Source: Thermoanaerobaculia bacterium (lineage in GTDB: Bacteria; Acidobacteriota; Thermoanaerobaculia; Multivoradales; JAHEKO01). Taken from it: 64,000 nt of DNA. Both the position numbers and the translations under genes were made by a program. The DNA is taken from positions 56,351 to 120,350 of the forward strand of contig JBATEX010000114.1 in the NCBI GenBank assembly GCA_049664225.1, in the 5' to 3' direction. The notes under the pieces are model-generated. The model did not search any database and was not told the origin of the DNA. It saw nothing but the letters and a program-made list of their open reading frames with translations. This document shows positions 31,517-41,737 of the stretch, piece after piece; positions within the stretch are counted from its first letter, which is position 1; each line of letters starts with the position of its first letter.

Positions 31517-32652
31517 GGAGCTGGACGATGAAACAAGAAAAGTCTGGCGCCCTGGACTGGTTCTCTCGCCGTTTGAACCTGACCGAGATTTTCTCGCTCT
31601 TGACGAGCTATGGAGTTTTCCATGCCGAGCTGGACAGTCGCAAGAACATCCGCGAAGCCATCGCGGAGGCGAAGGCCCAGCCCATGCCTTCCTACGACCA
31701 GTGGCCGAGAGTCCTCGGGCTCCTCGCTGTGGTCCTGCTGCTCATCGAGATCGTGACCGGCTCGCTGCTGGCGTTCTACTATCTGCCGACACCGCAGACC
31801 GCGAGGGCCAGCGTTGCCACGATCCTGCGCGACGTGGACTTCGGCCGCTTCGTGCATCAGATTCACTTCTGGGGTGCGCAGCTCCTGATCGCTGTCCTGA
31901 TTGTCAGGGTCGTGCGCTTTTTGATGAGGGGGGTCTACCGCAAGCCGCGCGAGCTCATGTGGATCTTCGGCGTGCTCCTGCTCCTGGTCTGCTTTCACTC
32001 CGACCTGACCGGCAAGGCGCTGCCGATGACCGGTACCGCGTATTGGTCATCGGTGCGGGCTCTCGAGCTGGTGGGCAGCATCCCCATCTACGGTTCCGTA
32101 ATGCTCTTCCTGCTTGGAGGTGGGGAAACGGTGATTACCGAGCTCACCCTGATCCGCTTCTATCTGCTGCACGTCGCGCTATTGCCGTTCGCCGCCATTA
32201 CCCTCATCTACCTGCACTTCTCCGGCGTCAGGAGGCTGGGCCAGACGGAGACCGGGAGCCATGAGACGCCGACTCGCGGCGGGCCGGTGATTCGAATTCA
32301 TCTGCTGAATCAGGCGATTCTGTTCACCATCCTGCTCGGAATTCTCGTCAGTTTGGCAGTTTTGGTTCCCTTTCCGCTCGGCGACGCGGCCGATCCCTAC
32401 CTAACCGTGCCGGGTGTGGGTCCGCCGTGGTATCTGCTCGCGCCCTTTGGCTTCATGGAGCTGACGGCTCCGTTCTTGCCGACCTGGATCGGCGGGACCA
32501 TCCTCTTTTTCACCTTCACGGCTTTCGTGCTGCTGCCTTTCCTTCCTGGATTCCGCGAGGGCGCGAGGAGCCGGGGCCTGAGCTGGGTCATCGTTGCCGC
32601 CCTGCTCGCGGTTTGGATCTTCCTGACGATCTATGGAGCGAGGGTCGCATGA
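31513..32652 (+). CDS. cytochrome b subunit of the bc-type complex
   Basis: ...FVHQIHFWGAQLLIAVLIVRVVRFLMRGVYRKPRELMWIFGVLLLL... His-containing helices typical of cytochrome b/b6. The ATGA overlaps the Rieske stop. Confidence 0.9.
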   Translation: MRSWTMKQEKSGALDWFSRRLNLTEIFSLLTSYGVFHAELDSRKNIREAIAEAKAQPMPSYDQWPRVLGLLAVVLLLIEIVTGSLLAFYYLPTPQTARASVATILRDVDFGRFVHQIHFWGAQLLIAVLIVRVVRFLMRGVYRKPRELMWIFGVLLLLVCFHSDLTGKALPMTGTAYWSSVRALELVGSIPIYGSVMLFLLGGGETVITELTLIRFYLLHVALLPFAAITLIYLHFSGVRRLGQTETGSHETPTRGGPVIRIHLLNQAILFTILLGILVSLAVLVPFPLGDAADPYLTVPGVGPPWYLLAPFGFMELTAPFLPTWIGGTILFFTFTAFVLLPFLPGFREGARSRGLSWVIVAALLAVWIFLTIYGARVA

Positions 32653-33875
32653 GACCACCAAGACGAGCGCAGCTGACCGACGGGTTGATCGCCGGGCTGA
32701 TTGGGGCGCTATGGACCCTGGCGTCCGTTCCGGTGTCCGCCCAGGAGATGTGTGGGACCTGCCACCCCGAGAATCGTGTGAGCTTCGAGCAGAGCATCCA
32801 TCACCTTGAGAACGTGAGCTGCAGCGACTGTCATGGGGGAGACCCGGCAGCCCGCGAAGTGAAGGCAGCCCATCAGCGTGACTTTCGCAGTCTGTCCGAT
32901 CGGCTCGAGGTGCCGCAGATGTGTGCATCGTGCCACGCCGACCTGGATCAGATGCGGGCCTATAATCTGCCTGTCGACCAGTACGCGGTCTACCTGACGT
33001 CCCAGCACGGCAAAGCCCTGGTCGCGGGTGAGACCAGGGCGGCGATCTGCACCGACTGTCACGGCGGGCACGATATTCGGCGCCCCCGCGATCCATCTAG
33101 CTCGGTCCACCCGAGACACATTCCAGAGACGTGCGGTCAATGCCACGGAAATGAAGCCCTGATGCAGGAGTTCGGGCTGGACCCCAACGTGGTGACGGAC
33201 TACCGCTCCAGCATTCATGGTCGTATGTTGCTCGAGGAAGGTTCCCTGGCGGCGCCCAACTGCACGAGTTGTCACGGGGTCCACGGCGCCACGCCACCGG
33301 GTGTCGGAGACATCGACAAGGTCTGCGGAGCCTGTCACGAGCAGACGAGACGGGCCTTTCTGGAGGGTCCTCATTACGAGGGGATGACAGCCGCGAGTGT
33401 TGCCGAATGCGCCTCGTGCCATTCGAATCATGCCATCCAGCAGTTCGGCATCGAGCGAGTCGAGTCACTCTGCGCCGAGTGTCACGGTGAGGGCTCCGAT
33501 CAAGCCGTCCTAGGTCACAAGATCCATGCCCTGATCGACTCGGCCGGCGAGGAGGTTGCCGCAGCCGAGGCGTTGGTGCGCCGGGCCGACCAGGCCGCGC
33601 TCGAGGTGGAGGATCCGTTGAGCCGGGTGGAGGAGGCCAAGACCTATCTGACCGAAGCCTTGCCGGCCGTGCATTCGGTTTCCCTGGAGCCAGTCGAGCA
33701 GCTGACCCGTCGTGCCCAGTCCATCGCCGAAGAGGTCGAGCACGAGCTCTACTCGAAGCTGGACCGACGAGTCGCCAAGATCGGCCTGGTGCTTTTCTGG
33801 TTCTACCTGCTCATGACGATCGCGGTGCTGGTCATCTTCAGGCGCCGGCTGCGGTCCGAGACGGAGGCTTCATGA
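32650..33875 (+). CDS. membrane-anchored 9-haem cytochrome c subunit
   Basis: Start MRPPRRAQLTDGLIAGLIGALWTLASVPVSA. I count nine CxxCH motifs. C-terminal TM helix IGLVLFWFYLLMTIAVLVIF. The start overlaps the cytochrome b stop. Confidence 0.85.
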
Positions 33876-35566
33876 AACTAGGGCGCTTCACGGTTGCCGG
33901 CTACGCCATCGGCCTGATCTTGGGGATCGGCATCGTCGCCACTTATGGGGCGATGCATATGAGCTCGACGCCGAGCTTCTGCGGCAGCTGCCACGTCATG
34001 TCTCCCTACTACGAGTCATGGGCCGAGTCTTCCCACGCCAACATCAACTGCGTGGATTGCCACATTTCCCCCGGCATCACTCAGGAGCTGCGCAAGAAGT
34101 ACGAGGCGATGGCCATGGTGGCCCGCTACTTCACCGGCACCTACGGCACCAATCCGTGGGCAGAAGTCGACGATTCGGCCTGTCTGGAGTGTCACGAGCG
34201 ACGCCTGCTCATGGGGCGGGAGGTTTTTGGCGATGTCCTATTCGACCACGGACCTCATCTGAGCGAGCTGAGGCGGGGCAAGCGTCTGAAGTGCACGTCC
34301 TGTCACTCACAGATCGTGCAAGGGTCTCACATGACGGTCACCGCCACGACCTGCACGCTCTGCCACTTCAAGGGGCAGCAGCCCGGTGAAGGGACGGCTC
34401 GCTGCACGCTCTGTCACCAGGTGCCTGATCGGGTGCTCTCGGCAGGAGGGTTGGACTTCGACCACGGTGACGTCGCTCGCTTCGGCATGGAGTGCAATAC
34501 CTGCCACACCCCCCCCGATCCCAACGCCGGCCGCGTCCCCAAGGAACGATGCCTGACCTGCCACAACGAGCCGAGCCGACTGGCCGAGTACGAGAAGGGC
34601 GACCAGTTGCACCAGACCCACGTTACGGATCACAAGGTGGAGTGCACTCATTGCCACCTGGAAATCGAGCATGTGGCGCCACGACATCTGGAGGCGGCGC
34701 AGAGCGAATGTGGCTCCTGCCATGGTGGGGGTCACTCACCGCAGCGCGACCTCTACGCCGGTCTGGGCGGCAAGGGAGTCGATCCTCGCCCGGACGTGAT
34801 GTACCTGGCCGGTGTGCGCTGCGAGGGCTGCCACCTGGATCACGGGAGCGGCGAGACGGCCCTCGCCGGCGAGATCTCCTGCATGAGCTGTCACGGCCCC
34901 AAGTATCGCCAGATCTTTGAGAACTGGCAGGCCACGATTGCCGAAAGAGCCTCCGGCATGCGGCGACAAATAGACAGCACCGCCCGGCTGCTCGGTTCTG
35001 AACCGCCGGCAGCTTTCGAGAATGCTGTCATGAACCTCGAGCTGGTGGAGCGGGGCAAGGGAATCCACAATGTGCCTTACAGCGTTGCGGTGCTCGAGGC
35101 CGCGCACGGACAGATCAACCGGGCGCGCGCCGAGGAAGGCTACGCCAAGCTGTCGACGCCGTGGCCCACCGCACCCTACGCATCGGATTGCCTGGAGTGC
35201 CACGCTGGGGTTGAAGCGTTGCAGGTGAGTGTCTTCGGTGGAGGCTTTGCTCATGAGCCGCATGTAGTGGGACAGGGGCTCGATTGCCAGGAGTGTCACT
35301 CCACACACGAAGAGAGAGACACCCAGGGTATGGGGCCGCTGAAGATCCAGTCCTCGTCATGCAACAGCTGTCACCACAGCGATCCCGCGCGCGATTGCGC
35401 GACGTGTCACGGTAACGTAATGGAGCGTGCCTTGAGCACCGACCTGGGCGACTTCGAGCACGCCTTCCATGTCGGTGACCTGGAGATCGGCTGCACCGAT
35501 TGCCACGGCGAAGCCCCGAATTTGCAGGCCTCACCCGACTTGGAAGTCTGCTCTGACTGCCACTGA
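33872..35566 (+). CDS. NapC/NirT-family N-terminal module extended to an ~18-haem cytochrome c
   Basis: N-terminal TM helix plus CGSCHVMSPYYESWAESSHANINCVDCH, the NapC/NirT/NrfH hallmark. I count 18 CxxCH motifs in total. The start overlaps the upstream stop. Confidence 0.8.
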   Translation: MKLGRFTVAGYAIGLILGIGIVATYGAMHMSSTPSFCGSCHVMSPYYESWAESSHANINCVDCHISPGITQELRKKYEAMAMVARYFTGTYGTNPWAEVDDSACLECHERRLLMGREVFGDVLFDHGPHLSELRRGKRLKCTSCHSQIVQGSHMTVTATTCTLCHFKGQQPGEGTARCTLCHQVPDRVLSAGGLDFDHGDVARFGMECNTCHTPPDPNAGRVPKERCLTCHNEPSRLAEYEKGDQLHQTHVTDHKVECTHCHLEIEHVAPRHLEAAQSECGSCHGGGHSPQRDLYAGLGGKGVDPRPDVMYLAGVRCEGCHLDHGSGETALAGEISCMSCHGPKYRQIFENWQATIAERASGMRRQIDSTARLLGSEPPAAFENAVMNLELVERGKGIHNVPYSVAVLEAAHGQINRARAEEGYAKLSTPWPTAPYASDCLECHAGVEALQVSVFGGGFAHEPHVVGQGLDCQECHSTHEERDTQGMGPLKIQSSSCNSCHHSDPARDCATCHGNVMERALSTDLGDFEHAFHVGDLEIGCTDCHGEAPNLQASPDLEVCSDCH

Positions 35567-36158
35567 AGGCCTGACGGCCTTCAGCTTGGCAGTCGGGTTG
35601 ACGCGGCCGGGCGTTCCTTCGGCCGGCCTTTGAGGGCTTGGGGGTTGAGGCAGCCGGCGGGTTCGCCGGCTGATCTTTGGGGCTTGGGGGTTGAATCGTC
35701 CGTCGCTGGCTCCGGCCGACCTTTAAGGGCTTGGGGTCTTGAGGTCCTGGCACCCCTAGGCCCTCAAGCCCTTACACCCCTAAGCCCTTACGCGCCTATT
35801 GCCTTCAACGGTGCTAAGAGGTTCGTTCGGGTGGCTCGACTGTGGGGCGCCTCGTCGAGCGCATGGCAAGAGCCGAGGAAGTACTCGGGAGATCCGGCGC
35901 GAAGACGTGACGAGGTGGCGGCCGACACCGTCCGCCTGCGGACCCCCCGGACGGACCTCCAATCAGATCATGGTCACCAGCACAGGGCCCAGGACCTCAA
36001 AGATCGGCCGGAAGCAGCGCCCGGCCGCCTCAACTTTCATTGCCACACTGCCCCAAAGACCGGTCGGCGAAGTCGCCGAGCGCCTCAACCCCCAAGCCCT
36101 CAAAGATCAACCGGTGCAGCGCGCCGGTTGCCTCACCCCCCAGGGTGGGTGGGCGTGA
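35567..36158. repeat. composite family A element filling a convergent intergenic region (minus-orientation units, then plus-orientation units)
   Basis: 35620-35740 has ...TTTGAGGGCTTGGGGGTTGAGGCAGCCGGCGGGTTCGCCGGCTGATCTTTGGGGCTTGGGGGTTGAATCG.... 36000-36110 has reverse-orientation units. About 60 nt at 35690-35745 are nearly identical to 43240-43300. Confidence 0.75.
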
Positions 36159-39131
36159 TTACTTGTAGCCGAAGAGCATGGTGTAGATGATCAAGAAGAT
36201 CAGCGCCAGACCGATGAACAGCGCGGTGAATCCGAACACCTTGACCGGCTTCTCCAGGTAGGAGGGGATGGGCTCCACGATGTGCTCTTCCAGCGTGCCA
36301 TCTTCGACCAATCGCTCGTACTCGCCCGGCTTGTCGTACTTGAGCTCGTCGACGGTCATGCGCCCCGTGAAGATCACCGGATCCATTGGGAACTTGTCCG
36401 GCCGGAAGTGGGTGTTGAAGAAGTGGATGGTGAAGATGAAACCGGTAGCGAGGAGCGCCTCGTCACTGTGAATGATCGTGGCGACGTTCACGGACCAGCC
36501 TGGCAGGATACGGGTGAAGAACTCTGGGAACCAGAGCAGCAATCCGGTGCCGCCAATGATGATGATGCCCCAGAGCACGGCGAAGTAGTCGAACTTCTCC
36601 CAGTAGGTATAGCGGCCATACTGCGGTCTCGGACCGATCCCGAAGAACCACTTGATGGACTGGACGAACTCCTTGGCATCTCGGGTTGTGAAGAGAATCG
36701 AGGTCGGCCCCGTGACGACCTCCTTCCAGGACATGCCCTTGGTCTTCTTGTCGTGGAGGACGTACCAGAGATGGAGGAGAAAGACGACGAAGAGGAGCAC
36801 AGCTCCCATGCGGTGCAGTACGCCTGTCACGCCGAAGCCGCCGAGCAGGCGAGCCAGGCCCTGCGCCCAGCTCATGTAGGAGAACTTCAGCGCCATGCCC
36901 GTGAGCGACAGGGTGAAGAAGCTGACCAGCATGGTGAAGTGCAGGTGCCGATTGAAGCGCGTGAACCTGCGGAACAACGGCTTGTGATCGGGTTCGGCCA
37001 ATGCCCTGTGCGCCCTCCACTCGTCGCGGGACAGATACAGCCGCACCAACCAGGCGAGCGTGTGGAGCATGGCGAAGGTCAGCGTGCCGACCAGCAGGAT
37101 GGTCATGAACCAGAAGGACCAGAAAAGCCATGGGTAACGGTCGGGATCGTGGTGCGTGGCGTGGGTCAGGTAACCTGCGAAGCGCCTGTTGGACCCTGCG
37201 TGGCACTCGCCGCAAGTTTCCACCACGTGGTTGCGACCCAGGGCCGAATCGGGATTCGAAGTCGGCAGGATGTTGTGGGTTCCGTGACAGTCGTAGCACT
37301 TGGCGGCACCGGCCGATCCGAGGCGAGAGACCTTGCCGTGGAAGGTATCGAAGAAGGTCCCGGCTTCCTCCTCGTGGCACTTGCCACACTGATCCATCAT
37401 GGTGAAACGGAAGTCATTCAGATCGTGGCGCGAGATGGTGTGGGCGGTATGGCAGGAGATGCAGGTCGGGCGCTCGCGTCCTTCCTCCAGCTCTTCACCG
37501 TCTTCCTGAGGCCAGTGAATGCTAGTCCTGAAGGTCTCGGCGATGCCATGGTGGCACTGGGCGCAGGTCTCGGCCACGTTGTCGTGATGGATGGTAGAGC
37601 GCTCGTCGTCGGGAGGCAGCTCACGATGGGGACTGTGACAGTCACTGCAAGTTGCCGTGACCAGAAGTCCGCTTTGCAATAGGCCCCTGCCGTGGATGCT
37701 GTCTACATAGCTGTCGACAATGCTGTCGAGCTCGGTTTCGATCCGGACCTCGGCCTGGCCGCCTTCCCGATGGCACTGAGCGCACAAAGCGGGAACGTTG
37801 CTGGGGAAGGTCGGCGAGGTGGGTACGGTCATCTTCTGGATGTCGTGCTGACCATGGCAGTCCAGACAGTAGGGAGCGTCGGGGTCACCCTGCGCGTGGA
37901 GGGTGCCGTGCAGTCCAAGCTCATAGTCGGCCACCGGTTCGGCGTGGCAGATGCTGCAGTCGACCTTGGACTCGATCGTCTCGCAGGCTCGTTCCCGTGA
38001 TGTGGTGACCTCGGTGTGGCACTGAGCGCAGGCAACCGTGGCGTGCGCCGTAGTGCTGAAGCGGTCTTCATCGACGGTCAGCGAGATCGTCTCCCCGTTC
38101 CGTTCCATCGTCAGATCGGGCTTGCGATGGCAGGTCAGACAGTCCTCGTTGGCCATGCCAGCCGGATAGAACACGCGACGGATCCTGTGAGGTGAGTGGC
38201 AGTCGACACAGGCCGGGATCTTGTGGGGCTCCTCTTCCCAGAGACGGCCCTCGATCACTTTCTGGTGAACTCTCTCGATCTGCCCATGGCATTGCGTGCA
38301 GGTGCTGGCGATGTTGTCCCGGTGAATGCTCGAGGCCGGGTCGGTGTGGGGCAAGATGTCGTGCGCTGTGTGGCAGGAGGTGCAGACCGCTGTGACCGTC
38401 AGGCCCTGCTGGAACAGGCCCTCGCCATGAATACTCATGGAGTAGTGCTCGAGGATTCGCTCCTGGTGGATCTCATGGGTCTGCGTGACCTCCGTGCCCT
38501 CCTGGTGGCACTTGCCGCACAGCATCGGGATATTCACCACGGAGATCGGGGAAGTCTCGTCGGACGACGGTCGGATGTCGTGGCTGCCGTGACAGTCGCC
38601 GCAGAGCGGTGCCAACTCGTCGCCCCGCGCCGCCGCCTGACCGTGCAGGCTGCGTTGCTGCTCGGTTACCTGGCGACGGTGACAGCTGGCGCAGTTGGGT
38701 ATCTTTTCGGAGACGAAGCCGATGTCGTGTTTGCCATGGCAGTCACCGCAGTCGGGGGCCCATTGGCTGTCGGTGGCTCGAAGTCGGCCATGGCTCCCTG
38801 TCTCTATTTCGGAGACCGGACCGTCGTGGCACATACCGCAGTCCACCGGTTCGGGCTCGATCTCGTCGTCATGAAAGCCGTCGCCGGCCAGGTCGGCATG
38901 GCAGTCGACACAGGTCATGTCGCCATGGACCGAGGAACCGTAGGCCGACTCGTCTACGAAAACCGAGATCTCTTCACCATTACGGCTGCCTGTCAGGTCG
39001 GTGTCCGAATGGCACCCCAGGCAGTCCTCGGCCTCCTGGGCTACTGCCGGAGCCAGACAGGCGATCAGTCCCAGTCCTAGCGACAGGAAGAGGACGCGGT
39101 GAACGAGTCGGGAGCGAGTTGGGCCAGACAT
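36159..39131 (-). CDS. CbcL-like fusion: ~21-haem cytochrome c plus a dihaem cytochrome b membrane domain
   Basis: Signal peptide MSGPTRSRLVHRVLFLSLGLGLIACLAPAVAQ. I count 21 CxxCH motifs. The C-terminal ~330 aa have FdnI/HydC-like helices with His (AMLHTLAWL, NRHLHFTML, VTGVLHRMGA, HLWYVLH, IIHSDEALL, TIHFFNTHF). Confidence 0.8.
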   Translation of the reverse strand: MSGPTRSRLVHRVLFLSLGLGLIACLAPAVAQEAEDCLGCHSDTDLTGSRNGEEISVFVDESAYGSSVHGDMTCVDCHADLAGDGFHDDEIEPEPVDCGMCHDGPVSEIETGSHGRLRATDSQWAPDCGDCHGKHDIGFVSEKIPNCASCHRRQVTEQQRSLHGQAAARGDELAPLCGDCHGSHDIRPSSDETSPISVVNIPMLCGKCHQEGTEVTQTHEIHQERILEHYSMSIHGEGLFQQGLTVTAVCTSCHTAHDILPHTDPASSIHRDNIASTCTQCHGQIERVHQKVIEGRLWEEEPHKIPACVDCHSPHRIRRVFYPAGMANEDCLTCHRKPDLTMERNGETISLTVDEDRFSTTAHATVACAQCHTEVTTSRERACETIESKVDCSICHAEPVADYELGLHGTLHAQGDPDAPYCLDCHGQHDIQKMTVPTSPTFPSNVPALCAQCHREGGQAEVRIETELDSIVDSYVDSIHGRGLLQSGLLVTATCSDCHSPHRELPPDDERSTIHHDNVAETCAQCHHGIAETFRTSIHWPQEDGEELEEGRERPTCISCHTAHTISRHDLNDFRFTMMDQCGKCHEEEAGTFFDTFHGKVSRLGSAGAAKCYDCHGTHNILPTSNPDSALGRNHVVETCGECHAGSNRRFAGYLTHATHHDPDRYPWLFWSFWFMTILLVGTLTFAMLHTLAWLVRLYLSRDEWRAHRALAEPDHKPLFRRFTRFNRHLHFTMLVSFFTLSLTGMALKFSYMSWAQGLARLLGGFGVTGVLHRMGAVLLFVVFLLHLWYVLHDKKTKGMSWKEVVTGPTSILFTTRDAKEFVQSIKWFFGIGPRPQYGRYTYWEKFDYFAVLWGIIIIGGTGLLLWFPEFFTRILPGWSVNVATIIHSDEALLATGFIFTIHFFNTHFRPDKFPMDPVIFTGRMTVDELKYDKPGEYERLVEDGTLEEHIVEPIPSYLEKPVKVFGFTALFIGLALIFLIIYTMLFGYK

Positions 39132-39366
39132 GGAGGTTCTCCTGCGGAGTGGTTCCTAGGTCTAGTGCCAGGGGAACGTGAGGCAGTTACCAGCTCGACT
39201 TCTCGGTTACCCCCCCTGGGTACCTTCCTCAAGTAGAAGCATGGCTTCCGGCGGCTCCCGTTGCCACAACCGGAAGGGTAGGTCAATGCCTCCAAAGGGA
39301 GAGTAGATGGGCCACCCCATGAGGTAGGCAACCGGCTTGGGTCTGAGGGTCTCGAAAGGGGGAGAT

Positions 39367-39406
39367 CCCAGGGGGCTATCCTCCCTTCCGCTGCAAGAAC
39401 CCCCTG
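39367..39406. repeat. family B hairpin element, copy 3
   Basis: CCCAGGGGGCTATCCTCCCTTCCGCTGCAAGAACCCCCTGAA. Confidence 0.75.
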
Positions 39407-39607
39407 AACCCCTCTAGTCGAACCCTTCATTGCTCACCGGGACTGTATTCCCGTCTCTTGCAAGAACCCGCCAAGGCCCCACTGCCCAGAGATCAGGCGG
39501 AAGGAACGCCTGGACGCCTCAACTTCTCCCGTCGGGTATATTCTGGGGCGACACCGAACCAGGGCCTGCAAAGTGCAGTAGACGACTCCGGACTCGAGCC
39601 AACCTTG

Positions 39608-41725
39608 ATGCTGTTCCTCGGACTCATGGCAGCTGTTGTGGCCTTTGCGGGTAGCGGCCTGGTCGTCTTCATCTTCGTGTCCGAGCGTCTCGCGGGGCGG
39701 GCCATTGCCGTTCGGATCACGACCGCCGTCTGTGCGCTGCTCTGGCTCGCCTTCCTGATCTTCCAGATCCTGGGCCTCCTGGGTGCGTTTCGCCTACCGG
39801 TGGTTGTCCTGCTCTGCCTGGTGCTTCCAGTGCTGGTCCTGGTGCGTTTTCGAGGGAGGGCCGCAGTGGCTCTGCGCGTTGCCGGAGAGGACCTGAAGAA
39901 CGAGCTGGAAGCGATCGGTGCCGGTCTGAAGAGAGAGCCTCTGGTGGCCGCGGGGGTCGGAGTCGTGGCGCTTCACTTGACGGTGAGACTGGCTCGCGTC
40001 ATTGCCACGCCCACCTTCGGCTGGGACGACTTCACCTACCATCTTTTTCGGGCCGGCCGATGGGTGCAGACGGGCGGTGTGGGTCTGGAGCCCGCGCCCG
40101 ACGCCTGGACCTACTACGAGTTCTTCCCGTGGGGAGGAGACGCCGTTTGGACCTGGGCCCTGATCTGGCGGGCAGGTGACGTGCTCGTGCCGATCCTGGC
40201 CATCGGGATCTGGCTGGCGATTCTGGTGGCTTCGTTCGCTCTCACTCGGGCGCTCGGTCAAGGGCCAGTTACCGGACTGGTGGTCGGATTGGCGATCGCT
40301 ACCTTGCCGAGTCAGCTGACGCAGCTCAACACTGCATACGTGGACAACGGCGTCCTCCTCATGGCCTTGATCGCGAGTCTGTGCGTCGTCGACATGGAGC
40401 GGGGCGAAGATCGAAACTGGAGCTGTCTCCTGCTCGGGGCGAGTTGTGGATTGGGTGTAGCCGTCAAGCTCACCTTCTTACCCGTAGCGGCTGCGGGGGC
40501 ATTGCTGACAATCTGGTGGGCTTGGCAGCGGCGCCGGCCAGGTTGCCTCGGGGCCTTTCTCGTCGGGTCGGCGATTGTGCTGCCGAACTGGATCTTCAAC
40601 ATCGTCCACAGGGGCTCGCCCTTCTATCCGTTCAGGGTCGTGGAGTCGCTGCCCTACAACCAGGCTCTCGAGAATCTGCTGTCCGGAGCTCCGGCGAAGG
40701 ACCTGGGCACGGCGCTGGGAGCGGCTCTGAAGGCCCTGCTGATCAACGTTCGGGATGTGGATCCCTTTTTGAATGTCGGCTGGCTGGGCCTCTGCCTCCT
40801 GATCTTGGGGCTGGTGGGTGGTTGGCGCAGATCGAAGGAGATTGGCAGTCCACTCTTTCTGGGCTGGGCGCTGGTCACCGCGGTTTCGGTAGCGGCACCG
40901 GCGCTGGTTGGCAAGGGGGTTCTGCTGCTGGCCCAATGGCTCAATGTGCTCGGTCGATTCTGGGTGCCAGGGTTCGCGGCTCTCTTCGCCTTGGCAGGCT
41001 ATGCGGGAAAACGCCTCGTCCGCTGGACGGTGCTGCCCATTCTGCTGATCGAGCTCTTCGCCTATGCACCTCGCAAGTGGCCCGCGCCGATTCCTGGTTC
41101 CACTCTGCGAGTCTGGCTAGTCGGGTTACTACTGCTTCTTGGTGTCTGGCAGCTCTGTCGTCGGCGGGTCTCGAGCTGGAAGAGAGCGGTGGCTACGGTG
41201 CTGATGGTGACCTTGGCCCTAGTGCTGTCTACGGCGATCCGCGAGGTGACCCGGTACGACTGCTACCGGCTCTTCGCCAACTGGGAGCTGGACGACTTTC
41301 ATCACAACAACTACATTCGTGGTTGGCCGCTGTGGAAGGAGTTGGATGAAAGAGAAGCTCGCACGATCGCTGCAACGGCAGGATTCGGGGGTGGTATTGG
41401 CCATAACTGGTTTCGCTATCCGTTGCTAGGCTCATCGCTGCAGCGGGAAGTCCTCTATATCCCCATCACGACCGATGGCGGGTTGATCAGCTACGAGGAC
41501 TCGGCAGGGGTTGCGGCTGCAGCGGATCGGCGGGCCTGGTTGGGCCGCCTCTTGGACCGGGACGTGGACCACGTGGCGGCGCTGGGTCCTAGAAGCATCG
41601 AGCACGCCTGGGTCGAGGAGTTACCGGAGTTGTTTGCTGTCGAGCTGGAGTCGAAAGGGGGCAGCTGGATTCTTGCCCGAGTCGATCGCAGCTCGCTCGA
41701 GGCGCACCTGAACGCAACGCGATGA
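39608..41725 (+). CDS. large polytopic membrane protein, probable GT-C fold glycosyltransferase
   Basis: About 12 or more TM helices. Acidic DD loop motif (TFGWDDFTYHLF) near the N-terminus. It is followed directly by a polyprenyl-phosphate-sugar synthase-like GT2 gene. The start is placed at the internal Met of the track ORF. Confidence 0.45.
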   Translation: MLFLGLMAAVVAFAGSGLVVFIFVSERLAGRAIAVRITTAVCALLWLAFLIFQILGLLGAFRLPVVVLLCLVLPVLVLVRFRGRAAVALRVAGEDLKNELEAIGAGLKREPLVAAGVGVVALHLTVRLARVIATPTFGWDDFTYHLFRAGRWVQTGGVGLEPAPDAWTYYEFFPWGGDAVWTWALIWRAGDVLVPILAIGIWLAILVASFALTRALGQGPVTGLVVGLAIATLPSQLTQLNTAYVDNGVLLMALIASLCVVDMERGEDRNWSCLLLGASCGLGVAVKLTFLPVAAAGALLTIWWAWQRRRPGCLGAFLVGSAIVLPNWIFNIVHRGSPFYPFRVVESLPYNQALENLLSGAPAKDLGTALGAALKALLINVRDVDPFLNVGWLGLCLLILGLVGGWRRSKEIGSPLFLGWALVTAVSVAAPALVGKGVLLLAQWLNVLGRFWVPGFAALFALAGYAGKRLVRWTVLPILLIELFAYAPRKWPAPIPGSTLRVWLVGLLLLLGVWQLCRRRVSSWKRAVATVLMVTLALVLSTAIREVTRYDCYRLFANWELDDFHHNNYIRGWPLWKELDEREARTIAATAGFGGGIGHNWFRYPLLGSSLQREVLYIPITTDGGLISYEDSAGVAAAADRRAWLGRLLDRDVDHVAALGPRSIEHAWVEELPELFAVELESKGGSWILARVDRSSLEAHLNATR

Positions 41726-41737
41726 GGTGAGGAACGA

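Noticed and set aside
39150-39200. TGGCAC-like motif (CTGGCACTAGACCTAGG on the minus strand) upstream of the 21-haem gene as a second sigma-54 promoter
   Set aside because: The -12 element is CTAG rather than TTGC, and the spacing is otherwise uninformative. It is not convincing.
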